Assembly: GCA_951406725.2 (NCBI GenBank)
Contig: OX597834.1
Location: forward strand, 44,578,001 to 44,642,000
Source of the DNA: Octopus vulgaris
Taxonomy: Eukaryota
Length of the DNA stretch: 64,000 bases
Direction: 5' to 3'
Position 1 is the stretch's first letter, and every line of letters begins with the position of its first letter. Positions 51,338-64,000 of the stretch are shown here, in pieces. The notes below the pieces were generated by a model. It searched no databases. It was given only the letters and a program-made list of their open reading frames with translations, and was not told the origin of the DNA. The translations under genes were made by a program, and so were the position numbers.

Positions 51338-51766
51338 GGAAGAGAGAGAGAGAGAGGTGGGGTGAGGGAGGAAGAGTGAGAGAACCAGAGAAAGAGAGAG
51401 ATGTGCAGACAGAAACATTGAGAATGATAAAGGACAGTATGTGTGTGTATGGGGGGGGGTTCAGTATATTTGTGTGAGTATGGGCAGATAGAGAGAGGGG
51501 GTATGAAAGAAGGAGGAAGAGAACGAGAGAAAGAGAGAAAGAGAGACAGAACAAAGGAAAGACAGAGAGAAAACAAGAGAAAGAGAGAGAGAGAGACAGA
51601 GAACAAGAGAAAGAAAGAGACAAAGTGACAAAGAGAGAGACAGAAGCACAGTGTGTCAGAGGGCGTGAGACTAACCAGCAGTGTGTTTGTGTGTGTGTGT
51701 GTGTTTTATTGTGTACGCATGAATACATGCTTGTGTGTGTGTGTGTGTGTGTCTGTGTCTGTGTGT

Positions 51767-51806
<40 letters not shown>

Positions 51807-51904
51807 CTGTGTGTTAGAGGAACGAAAAGGACAAAGGTCAAATATATTTTGATGGGGAGAAGAGAAAAAAAAGGGAGTCATAGAGAGGAATATACTTTCT
51901 ACTC

Positions 51905-52695
51905 CAGGCACAAGGACCGAAATTTGGGGGGAGGGGGCCAGTCGATTAGATCAACCACAGTTCTAGTTCTTAATTTATCGGTACTCAATTATCTGACCCC
52001 GAAAGGATGAAAGGCAAAGTCGACCTCGGCGGAATTTGAACACAGAACGTAAAGACAGACGAAATACTGATAAGCATTTCGCCTGGTGTGTAACGTTTCT
52101 TATTTCTTTATTGCCCGCAAGGGGCTAAACATAGAGGGGACAAACAAAGATAGACAAAGGGATTAAGTCAATTACATCGACCCCAGTGCGTAACCGGTAC
52201 TTAATTTATCGACCCCGGAAGGATGAAAGGCAAAGTCGACCTCGGTGGAATTTGACTCAGAACATAAAGACAGACGAAATACCTATTTCTTTACTACCCA
52301 CAAGGGGCTAAACACAGAGAGGGCAAACACGGATAGACAAACAGATTAAGTCGATTATATCTACCCCAGTGCGTAACTGGTACTTATTTAATCGACCCCG
52401 AAAGGATGAAAGGCAAAGTCGACCTCGGTGGAATTTGAACTCAGAACGTAGCGGCAGACGAAATACCTATTTCTTTACTACCCACAAGGGGCTAAACACA
52501 GAGGGGACAAACAAGGACAGACAAACGAATTAAGTCGATTACATTGAACCCAGTGCGTAACTTGTACTTAATTTATCGACCCCGAAAGGATGAAAGGCAA
52601 AGTCAACCTCGGCGGAATTTGAACTCAGAACGTAGCGGCAGACGAAATACTGCTTAAGCATTTCACCCGACGTGCTAACGATTCTGCCAGCTTGC
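51905..52695 (-). mobile_element. SINE family B, head-to-tail tetramer
   Basis: Four copies of CCCCGAAAGGATGAAAGGCAAAGTCGACCTCGG.GGAATTTGA at ~51997, ~52213, ~52396 and ~52580; unit length ~184-215 bp. Confidence 0.92.
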
Positions 52696-53031
52696 TAACT
52701 TCACCGTGTCATATGATATTCCAAACAAGACCATTTAATATAATATTCCTCAAGACTACTCGGTGCCTATGACTCTCCGTTTGGTGTCCCTGTCTCGTAT
52801 ATATGTGTCTGTTGTGTATTTGCGCGTATAACATCGCACACACACACACACACGCGCGCGCGCGTGCACACAAAAACCTATTGTTTTACACATTTCCTAC
52901 GCATGCGTATTTACGTATCTTCGTACGTTTCATCTCGCTCTCTTCAGTGTCACACAAACCCAATGCTCTGAGAGAGTGACCGTCGTACATTTATGAATGA
53001 ATGAATGCACAGGCATGCGCATACATATATA

Positions 53032-53081
<50 letters not shown>

Positions 53082-53483
53082 GACACATACACACACTCAC
53101 ACTCACACACACTCACACACTCCCAAACACACATGTAGACAATTATAATGTTGCTTAGACTATGGCTTTCATTTAACGCTTCCATCGCCGCCAACTCCAC
53201 CGCCGCCGCCATATTTACGCATATATTTATCTTTTCTTTTAGCTTATTTATTTATCTGTTTATTTATTTATTCTTTTATTTATTTTGAGCATTCGGTTAT
53301 TTGATAATTCCGTATCATTGCATTTTCGAAAATAGTAAAGATGATGACTTTGATGACTTTTTATCCTTTTGATAGGTCGTTCTTTATTCGGAGCTGGCTT
53401 TATCGTCCCTAATCTAAAAAAGATTCATTACGTACGCCATCTGTACAGTTTTTAATGAACAGTTTTATGATTTACAACGAAAG

Positions 53484-53517
<34 letters not shown>

Positions 53518-53820
53518 GTGGAAGCGGAGAGAGTAAAGGCGGGGCGGGGGGAAGGCGAAACGGAGACGGAATGAATTAATGCATGAATCTGTGAAAGAGT
53601 GTGAGGGAGAGGGATGTATGAAGAGAAAGAACAAGGAAATGAGAGGGGGGTGAGACTGGTATTGAGTTGGAGGAAGAGAGCGAAAGAGAGAAACGTTCCA
53701 AGCGTCCAACTCTATATAAGAGAGAGGCATTAAAGGATATTTCACTTGAGACTTAATGAATATATTTTCTCACTTATTTATCATGTATGATGATCGGATT
53801 TTGTTATGCATTGCATTTAT

Positions 53821-53926
<106 letters not shown>

Positions 53927-53943
53927 TCGTGTCTGTGGGTGTG

Positions 53944-53984
<41 letters not shown>

Positions 53985-54917
53985 ATATGTATGTGCATAT
54001 GTGTATGTATTTAAATATATATATATATGTATATATATGTGTGCTTATATGTATGTGTATATATATATATATATATATGCATATATACGCATATATATGT
54101 ATATATGCATGCATATATGTATTTAAATGTATATATATGAGTGTGTGTGTGTGTATATGTATATAATACATACATACATACATGCATACATACATGCATA
54201 CATACATGCATACATACATATGTATATATATTTGTTTTTGTTTAATAGCTTCTGAAATTATCGAACGAAGGCAAAATGTGCTAAATGATTTAATATAGAA
54301 TTGACATTATGATATTTAAGATAGTGTTGTCAAGTTCTAACCAGTTAGCAAAAACGCATAATCGTTTTGTATTAATGTGAACCAAACCTATTTTCACTTT
54401 TGAAATAGTTTTTTTATCTTCTCGCCCACCGAATTATTAATGCATTGAATTACATTAGAATATATTTGTCTGTTATCAAGATTTAATACGTCACTCAGTT
54501 TAACACCAACGCCAACTCATGGTCATTGGGTGCCGTGAGTTTGGTACTCTATCACTATCTTTAAACGATGTGTCCAGTCAAGGGATAGCTTTCTCCTTTC
54601 CTTCCACCAATCTCAGATGCTCTGAAAACGGTGATGGGTACTTGTGTTTTTCCTCTGAGAAAATGAAAGATGCACAGCTGGTAATATTTGTCTCTGTACG
54701 AGGCTAGTACTGTATTTATCGACCCATAAGGGGTGAAAGTTAACATTGTCGGGCGGGATTTGAATTGAGAGTAATAATTGCTTTCATAGGCACAACGCCA
54801 GAAAAGCCATGAGATGCATGAACGGTAACTGCGCTAATGATTATGACTGCCTAAACACGTCCTCCTTCGCGTTACCCACTTTTGTCTTGTCTTGCAGCCC
54901 CAAGGCTTTTTCTTGCA

Positions 54918-54990
54918 TACTCTTACTCTTTTTTTTTTGTTTCAGTCATTTGACTGCGGCCATGCTGGAGCACCGCCTTTAGTCGAGCAG
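54918..54990 (-). mobile_element. SINE family A, 3' end fragment
   Basis: TTGTTTCAGTCATTTGACTGCGGCCATGCTGGAGCACCGCCTTTAGTCGAGCA. Confidence 0.85.
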
Positions 54991-55026
54991 ATAAATATGT
55001 TTATTGTATAAAAATTCTGAAATTAA

Positions 55027-55354
55027 GGCGCATGGCTCAGTTTCTCACAATCATGAGATAATGAGTTCAATTCCCGGACCGGGCAACGTTTTGTGTTCTT
55101 GAGCAAGACACTTTATTTCCCGTTGCTCTAGTTCACTCAGCTGTATAAAGTGAGTTGTGACGTCACTGGTGCCAAGCTGCAGCAGCCTTTGCCTTTCCCT
55201 TGGATAACATCGGTGGCATGGAGAGGAGAGGCTGGTATGCATGGGTAAACTGCTGGTCTTCCATAAACAACCTTGCCTGGACTTGTGCCTGGTAGCGAAA
55301 CTTTCTAGATGCAACTCCATGGTCATTCATGACCGAAGGGGGTCTTTACCCTTT
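55027..55354 (+). mobile_element. SINE with family C/D-type head and CORE-like segment but a different tail
   Basis: GGCGCATGGCTCAG...GAGTTCAATTCCCGGACCGGGC...GTGTTCTTGAGCAAGACACTTTATTTC...CACTCAGCTG, followed by a tail not seen elsewhere in the window. Confidence 0.78.
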
Positions 55355-55458
55355 TTTTTAATAAAAATTCTACCATCTGCAACGAGTTTCGCCTCTTAAT
55401 ATGAGAAATAGATTGAAGAAACAAAGTAACTTATTGTACATTGAATTATATTTCCTTA

Positions 55459-55665
55459 CATCACCATCATCATCATCGTCGTCGTTTAACGTCCGTTTTC
55501 CATGCTGGCTTGGGTTAGACGGTTTGACTGGGTATTGGCAATCTAGGAAGCTGCACCAGGCTCCAATCTGATCTGCGATGTTTCTACAGCTTGATGCCCT
55601 TCCTAACGCCAACCACTCCGAGAGTGTAATGGGTGCTTTTTATGTACCACCGGCACGGGAGCCAG
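55459..55665 (-). mobile_element. 3' part of an RTE-related SINE or short retroposon with (ATG)n tail
   Basis: (CAT)n..GTTTAACGTCCGTTTTCCATGC (RTE-like 3' end on minus) and GATGCCCTTCCTAACGCCAACC (minus GGTTGGCGTTAGGAAGGGCATC, a motif I associate with RTE-clade elements). Confidence 0.7.
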
Positions 55666-56754
55666 CTTTATTCCAAATGATTGGAAAAACAGGATATTTT
55701 CCATTAACACATTCCAAACACAAGCAAAATAGACAGACAGAAAGGAAATCAGACAAATGACCTGAAATAAATTAAAAGAATAAAATTATTATATTATATT
55801 ATATGATGAAAATATTATGATTATATCATATTATATAATATTATATTATATATTACTTTGTTATATTATATTTATAATATATGTATATAGATATACAATC
55901 TTCTTTATTTTATGATAGATTTCTTTACTTTATTTTTCAATTCAATGTCTATAACTAGTTCCAATCCTTTGAATAGGATTTCTTCTAAACATACTTCTGG
56001 GCGAGGAAATCTTCAGTATTTTTTTTCTATACCAGGCCGTGGACTATATGATCCATACTATTGTTAGGGAGGAGAGCAAAACTCCTCTAATAACAGAATG
56101 GTATACACTTAGTATCTTCTTCCATAATCTAATCTTTGTGGCTGTCATTTCTCATTCTCACTGACTCGGACCGACTGTTTGTAAATTGGGTTCTGTGAGC
56201 AGAAGGTGATGACTTACCGAAATTTGAAGGACCCTTATGTAATTAGCAGCAATTCTTTTAATTGATTACATGGTATTTGATCGATATAATGCATCGTAAA
56301 ATTCAACTGTTCGTTAACTTGCGTGGCATACTATGTCTTCTCTCTTGAGAGAACAATTGGATTATCCGAGGGAATTTTCCTTGTGTGGAATAATGGAATA
56401 CATACTGACGGAGGTGCAATGTTGTCATGGACCGACGACATACATTGCGTCACGTCATAAACAAAGCTAATCGGCTAACATCTTATTTTCATGATTTCCC
56501 ACCAAAATGTTCCAGGGGATTTTTAATCGAAATAAATTATTAAGGAGTTTATTTTCAATATATATATTTTTTTATACTTACATTCGTAAGCGTGCGCATA
56601 TATACATATACATACACATATATACATGTACGTATATGCACAGCACGTATACGTGCAGAGGGAGAAGGACTGAGATAGCTAGACAAGCATATATATGCGT
56701 GTGTATGAGTGTGTGTGAATATATATATATCAAATATTAAATATTAAATATTTA

Positions 56755-56911
<157 letters not shown>

Positions 56912-58800
56912 CAATACATACATAATTTAGTCTTTTGTGTTGTGTTGTCAGTCGATCAATGCTTTTCCCTTCCCTTTTATTTGCTCTGAAGTCTGTAGAT
57001 GATGTCATAACTCATGTGATAATAGAGAATATTTTGATTAAGGAAGTATTATTATTTTCCCATCCTTTATTTTGAATAAACATGAATCAGTTGAAGAAAT
57101 TTATAACAATTTGCATTATAAGTTTAATTATCTTTTGAAAACATGAAAATAGTCTGGAAAGATAATAAGTCATTTATGTTTTGTTTCGAATATTTTTTTT
57201 AATTATTTTGTTTTATTGAATATTTTTTTTAAAATTTTTTATAAGTTTCTTTTTTTGTTTTCTCCCCATAGTTTCTGCAATTGTTGGAAAAATTAATTCC
57301 AGCGTCCATTTTTATCGGAACCTAAATCACATGAGAGTCAAAATGAATTAAAAATCTGTCCATTGTATAAGAATCGGTTGATTTGTTAAAGGAAAAAAAA
57401 AACAACAGTAAAAATAAGAATAAAATAAAACGAAAGTAATCAGGATACGGCACAGACACATATTGAGACAAACGTACACAATCGTAAATCGCACGCACAC
57501 AGACGAACAATGAATTCATAAAACAAACCAATAAAACAAAATATTTCTTGTGGTGCTTTGCAATACATTATTGGCACCCTGCAAGCTGCAGATAAAGATA
57601 GATGAAAACATTTCAAGAAATACCAGCTCAATATTCAAACGAATATATTTTTTTTCATTTCAACAATAACAGACGCTAAATAAGACTCAAAGAACAACAA
57701 AATGAAAATAATTAAACGAAAAAAAAAAACTGAGGCGGAAAAAAATCTCAAGTAAAGGAATGATAAAAACACAAACACACACACAAAAGAAAAACAAAAC
57801 AATAATGTGACACGAAACGAAATGATTCACGATAATCAAATAGCGCATGCGTAAGTACGCGCATGCGTGTATGTCAATTATTTACTTGTATACATCTAAA
57901 TGAATTTTTGCTGTTTATTTTGTGTTTATTTATGACTACTTTTCATGGCAGATATAATTAAATCGAACTAACCGCCATGCTTTTGTCCGGCAATAATAAA
58001 TGTAGTTAATGAATAGGACCTTTATAGAACTCGGGTTTGTTCATTTGTTTTCTTCTTCAAGAAATATAGAATTACTTCCATAGATTTTGCTTCCAATTGT
58101 TTAGACATTTTTATTTATTTCTTTATTAACATTTTCTTCCATTCTCTCTTTGACGTTTTTTCTACCATTTTCTGTTTTCTCTTTTCATTCTACAATTTTG
58201 CCTTTTCATTTTTTATTCATTAAATTTCTTCCGTTTGATGTTATTTTTATGTATATCATTCGGTTTTACTATTATATTCCAGTATATTTTATATTTGTAT
58301 TTCGTTTGTAATGGAAGTTTCGTTAAATAGATTTTCAGTTAATATAAAATTGTGTTTATCTCATGTCAAATTATTTTTCATCGCCGTATTCACTCAGCCA
58401 TTTAGTCATATGATATTAGCGATCAACTAACACCATTAACAATTACACCAACACCAATCAGAAAACGAGCACCGCCATCGCCGCCGCCACTAATATCATA
58501 ACTCAACCAACAGTCATAACAAAAACAAAAGAAATGCAAAACAAAAAGGTGTTGTGTGTCTGTTGTGCTGTTGACTTGTATTTGCATATTCGACTTGTTG
58601 TCTTGTGAACTGCATATATAAATCAGTTTATATAGTCTGCCTTCTGGCATTACAAACAAACGCACTCACACACAAACACACATCACCTGACGATCGCAGT
58701 GGTATGAAACTCGAAGTGATAGGCTAATATTAGACTATAAAAAAAACTATGTACATATTTGTGTCTGTGTTTGTGAGTATGAGCATTTGGGCGTGTTTGC

Positions 58801-58871
<71 letters not shown>

Positions 58872-60081
58872 TGTCAGTGTGCGCATTCACGTTCTTTTCT
58901 GTGCGTAAATTTATCGAAAACCTTACTGTCAGTTACAAACCAGTTGTGAGAACATGGCTTTCATAAGACAGGTCCAAAGTGGTCCACGAGTATCAATTTG
59001 AAATATGTGAATCGACTAATAGGAAGTATTTCTCTCTGTCTGTCTGTTTGTCTACGTCTCTCTCTGTATGTACGTATGTATGTATGTATGTGTGTATGTA
59101 TGTATGTATGTATGTATGTATGTATGTATGTATGTATGTATGTATGTATGTATGTGTGTGTGTATGTATGTATGTATGTATGTATGTATGTATGTATGTA
59201 TGTATGTATCTGGTTCAGTCACATTATTGCATATGCTCATTCGCAAATTTCTCAAGAAATTGGATTTGAGACGAACGTTTCTGTTATCAGTGACATAAAA
59301 TTCCGCAACTTAGATTATGGCAGCGAGTGCCACCGCATCAGATCCAATAAATACAAACAATACAACAATGCGTATTAGTAGAACATGTTCGAAGATAATA
59401 CATTACAACATACTTTCGTTCTTTTTCGTGTGGTTTTTCGTGCTGTTCTTCATATTGCTGTTGTTGTCATTCTTGTTCTTGACCTTGTTGGTATTGGTCT
59501 TGTTGTTCATGGTTTTGTTGCTATTGTTGATTTTTTTAATTGTTACTTTTAATGCTATTATGGTTGTTGTTTTTGTGCATTGAACTATGAGTGTGCACAA
59601 TTATCGGTCAAAAACCGTCCAGTTGTTTTCATTTCATCTGTTTCTCTGACAACTGGATGCAAGGTTATAATATTTAATGTATCCTTTCTTCTTTTGAAAT
59701 ACTGAGGAGCGACTGAAATCCGAAACGTAGAATAAATACAGTAAGTAGTAAATTTTGTTTGTTTCTTTCTCCCTGTGTATGTATACTTCATTCACACAGA
59801 TATACATACATACACTTATATGTTGACGGCATGTAGAACAAAAACAATCACCGACTTTGCTCCTGGAGCGGTCAGATTCTTATATATAAAGTAATGAAGA
59901 ACAAGAACCGACTGCGAGAAATACATAACCCCAGCTGATTGGACGTTGGGAAAGGATGGACAAACAATTTAATGGAGCCAGTGTTTTATTTGTATCATTT
60001 GTTACATATACATAATTATTTTACAGAAGATAGACTTATATAGTATATATATATATGCATATACATATATATATATGTATA

Positions 60082-60114
<33 letters not shown>

Positions 60115-60222
60115 TTACGTATAAATTTGTATTGTCTCCCTGGTTTTTTATGTGCTAGACCACTTGGTGTTAAACTGATGGTATTATTAAATTGATATCT
60201 AATTTTTCACCCTCATTTATGA

Positions 60223-60267
<45 letters not shown>

Positions 60268-61029
60268 TATAAACAAGTACATGTATGTATATATATATAT
60301 ATGTATGCGTGTATATATTCATGCATACATGGTCGTCCACATACGCATCCATATACGTACTAACGCTCGGTTACATACACACACGCACACGCATACACAT
60401 ATTCACATATATATATATATACATACGGCATCCGTGCATACTTCTATATGTGTATGTATACAAACACACACACATATACACACATACGCGAACATATCGT
60501 TCCGTAAGAAGTTTATAACCTTCGATTATACACGATTGCAACAGCTCTGCTCAACGTTAAGTTCGCCTCCAACGCATTGCATCAACTCTTATGCGCATGT
60601 GTAAATCCACATATATGCACCTATGTATGCATGTATGTATGTATGTATGTATGTATGTATAGATGGATGGATGGATGGATGGATGGATGGATAGATGGAT
60701 GTGTACGTGCGTATATGCATTGGAATATGTTTTTTTTATATATGAACTTTTATAGACAACTGTATTTGCGTATGCAAAGTATTCGCTCTCGTGTATGCAT
60801 TTGTAGATGAGTTCTGCTTTTTTGTTTATATATTTGCATGTATCTGCGTTTACAGGCAGAGGTGTTGATGTATTAATGGCAAAAATCACAGGCTGCTTGT
60901 CTGGATTGCTGTTTGTCTGGTTGTCTGATTTGGCTGTTGATGGATCGAAATTTGTCCATTGAAGAAGCTTTTAGACAAATGCTGTTGGCCTTAGTTATTT
61001 ATGTATTCATCAGTAATTTAGATTTGACG

Positions 61030-62930
61030 CGTGTGATGGCGTCGTGTGAGTGGTAATGGCTGCGGTAGTGACAAGTAGTTAAGTGGTGGTGGCGGCGGCG
61101 GTGAAGATGGCGTCGGCGATGGCGGTGGCGGTGGTGGCTGTGTTGGCGGTGTTCGTTGTGGTAGTGATGTTGCTGGTAGTGGTGGTGGCGTCGATGGTAG
61201 GGGGTGGCGATGGCGGTGGTGGTGGTGACGGCGGTGGTGGTGGTGACGGCGGTGGTGGTGTTGGTAGTGTGGTGGTGGTATCAAAGGTGGTAGTAATGGT
61301 GGCAGCGGTGATGATGTTGGCGGTGAAGGAAGAGATTGTGGCGGCAATGATGATGGGTGACGGTGGTGATGGTGATGATGATGGTGGTGGTGGTGGTGGT
61401 GGTGGTGGCGAGGGTGGCAGCGATTGCGGTGTTAGCAGCGATGGTTAAGGCGGTAGTGGTGATAGTGGCAATGGTGGTGGTTGTGATGGCGGCGATTGCG
61501 GTGATGGTGGTGCTCATAGTGCCAATGGTAGTAATGAACTCGCTGTGTGTGATGGTAGTGGCGTGGGATGATGGTTAGAGGAACTGGTGGTGACAGTGGT
61601 AGCTGCAGTGCTAGTAGTTGTGGTGGTGGTGGTGGTGGTTATGGTGGTGGTGGTTGTTATAGTGATTGTGGTGGTGGTGGTGGTGGTGGTGGTGGTGGTG
61701 GTTGTGGTGGTGGTGGTGGTGGTGGTGGTTGTGGTGGTGGTGGTGGTGGTGGTGGTGGTGGTTGTTGTTGTGGTGGTGGTGGTGGTAGTATAAGCGATTA
61801 TGGTAATGGCCATGATGTTGATACTAGCATCGGTTGTGTGCAGTGTTGTTGTTGCTGTTGTTGTTAGTGGTGGTGGTAGTGGTGGTGGTGGTGGATGTTT
61901 AACGGCGACGGCGACATAATGACGATGGTATTTAGGAAAAGTGCTGAATGTGTTGGACTGTTTGACTTTTAATGGTATCGGCGTGGCAGAGGAGGAAATG
62001 GTGAGTAATGGATACTGTAGTAGTGTTGATAATGCTTTCGTGCGGATGGTGAGGATGGTGGTGGTGGTGGAATTAGGATGGTTGGTGACTAAAGAGCTGT
62101 TGTTGTTGTTGTTGTTGTTGTTGCTGTCGTTGTTGCTTTTGATTAATCCATCTTAATGGAGAAAATTTATGATGAAAAGCATTCCAGTGATGACCAGCCT
62201 TGGCTTTTAGAGCCGTTGTAGAAGTGGTGGTGGTGGTGGTGGTGGCGGTGGTGCTAGCGGTGGTGGTGGTGGCAATGGTGGTGATGATTGTGTGGTGGTG
62301 GGTGTGGTTGTATTGATGGTGGTACTGATCGTAATGGCGGCGGTGGTCATGATGGTGGTATTGGTTGGTCATCGTGGTGGTGGTGGTGGTGGTGGTGGTG
62401 GTGATGGCGCTGACGGCGGTAGTAGTGGTGCTAGCAGTGGTGGTGGTGGTGGTGGTGGTTGTGGTTTTGGCAATGGTGATGCTAGTGCTGTTGTGGTGGC
62501 GATTGTGGTAGCAGTGGAGGTACTGATAGTGGTAGTGGTGGTGACTGAGGAGGCGCCGATGGCGAGTCAACCCGGTTCGTGGCGATGCTAATAGTAGCTG
62601 CATCGGTGCCGGTGTTAGTATTTCAGCAGAACTAGTTTGTGTTGGTGGTTATATTGGTCGTTCTATTAGTGATACTAGTAGCAGTAGTGCTGTTGTTTGG
62701 CGGGGTGCAGGTCGGAGTGAAAGTGTTCGTGACAGTAATGGTGAGGGTGGCGGTTCTACTGATGCATTGTCGGTGTTCGAGGTAGGTGTAGTAGTTGTGG
62801 TAGAGGTAGGAGTATGCTAGTGGTGATAGTGGTGATGGATGTTGTAAAGTTGGCAGGATGCTAATATCAGTAGTAATCGCAGTAGTGGTGGTAGTAATAG
62901 CGTTGGTATTAGTAGCAGCAGTGATGGTCA
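61030..62930. repeat. ~1.9-kb degenerate (GGT)n-dominated low-complexity region
   Basis: GGT/GAT/GGC/AGT/GTT triplets; purest at 61620-61790. Poly-T/V/G/H/P ORFs here are artefacts. Confidence 0.95.
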
Positions 62931-63023
62931 AGTGACAATCATTTCTTTGGCTTGAACAGGATAGGCCGAGGTGTCCGTAGTCAATACTGATTTCTGACGA
63001 TTTGCGATCATCCATGTCTATGA

Positions 63024-63153
63024 CATGGCTGCGTGGTAAGGCGCTTGCTGCCAAACCACACGGTTCAGGGTTCAGTCCCACTGTATGACACATTGGGCAA
63101 GTGTCGTCCAAAGCCTTGTGACGTAATTTGGTAGACAGAAACTGAGAGAAGCC
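63024..63153 (+). mobile_element. SINE family A, 5' half
   Basis: ATGGCTGCGTGGTAAG...GGGTTCAGTCCCACTG...TTGGGCAAGTGTC...GGTAGACAGAAACTGAGAGAAGCC. Confidence 0.82.
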
Positions 63154-63157
63154 GCAA

Positions 63158-63555
63158 AGGCGGCGAGCTGGCAGAAACGTTAGCACGCCGGGCGAAATGC
63201 TTAGCGGTATTTCGTCTGCCGTTACGTTCTGAGTTCAAATTCCACCGGGTCGACTTTACCTTTCATCCTTTCGGGGTCGATAAACTAAGTACCAGTTACG
63301 CACTGGGGATCGATGCGTAATTTCGACTTTTATTTCTTTATTGCCCACAAGGGGCTAAACATAGAGGGGACGAACAAGGACAGACAAACGGATTAAGCCA
63401 ATTATATCGACCCCAGTGCGTAAATGGTAATTAATTTATCGACCCCGAAAGGATGAAAGGTAAAGTCGATCTCGGCGGTATTTGAACTGAGAACGTAGCG
63501 GCAGACGAAATACGGCTCCGCATTTTGCCCGTCGTGCTAACGATTCTGCCAGCTC
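63158..63555. mobile_element. Two SINE family B copies in tail-to-tail inverted orientation (63158-63328 plus; 63330-63555 minus)
   Basis: GGCGGCGAGCTGGCAGAAACGTTAGCACG...GAGTTCAAATTCC...CTTTCATCCTTTCGGGGTCGATAAA, then its reverse complement ending GCTAACGATTCTGCCAGCTC. Confidence 0.9.
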
Positions 63556-64000
63556 AATAAGATGGAGGTGAATAGGTAGGTCTGTATTTGTTATGGCATT
63601 CATATCGTTGTGATAGTAAGTGTAGAGAGGGAAATAATAGTAGAGATAACGGTGATATTGTAGCTGTTGATTTTGTTGATTTTGCTGCTGTTGTTGCTGG
63701 TGGTGGTGCTGGTGGTGGTGGTCATCGTCGTAGTCGGAGTGGGGGCAGTGGTGCTGGAGTTAACGCTGACCAGTCATGTTGTACATGTGTAGGTATATTG
63801 AAGGAGTAAATATATGAAAGGATTTGGCAATTTCCGGAATGCAGTTATTTGAATATTAATTAATTTTTTGTTTTGTTCATACAAACCTGGTGAGAGAAGT
63901 AGGTTTCTGTCATCTGGTTGCTTTTACTTACATGTTGCTGTTGATTTAGTTTTGGGAAATAATAAATGAGTTAGTCTGATTGATTAACGAAAGAGCAATT

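Noticed and set aside
50880-51911. Longest ORF (343 aa, minus)
   Set aside because: It traverses (CA)n, (CT)n and (ATCT)n tracts and has no recognisable domain.
51905-52695. CRISPR-like periodic array
   Set aside because: The ~190-bp units are wholly repeated SINE sequence with no unique spacers, no cas genes and a eukaryotic context.
55990-56400. Possible GIY-YIG endonuclease remnant on the minus strand (DIVCHA...HYIDQ...IRLWKKIL)
   Set aside because: Motifs are too degenerate and need several frameshifts; a profile search is required.

Overview
AT-rich eukaryotic non-coding DNA (intergenic or a very large intron) with no credible intact protein-coding gene. Almost all ORFs in the supplied track are translations of microsatellites (YI, HT, CV, LSIY, MYVC, poly-G/V/T). 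The recurring tRNA-derived SINE families resemble those I recall from Octopus genomes, so a coleoid cephalopod origin is inferred but not proven. Content: dense microsatellites; about 30 copies or fragments of at least five SINE families, including head-to-tail multimers, chimeras and inverted pairs; three decayed Tc1/mariner-superfamily transposons (a mariner with ~155-bp TIRs, a Tc1-like element with DD36E spacing, and a DUF4817-type N-terminal fragment); and a decayed Penelope-like (Naiad-type, YRDDG) reverse transcriptase. There are also several minimal hammerhead-ribozyme motifs of the Penelope pLTR type. The most striking structure is a ~606-bp, near-perfect, spacer-less palindrome (49248-49853) between (TA)n tracts. 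Each arm carries a type I hammerhead; the catalytic core is intact in one arm and mutated in the other. All alignments and translations were done by eye.
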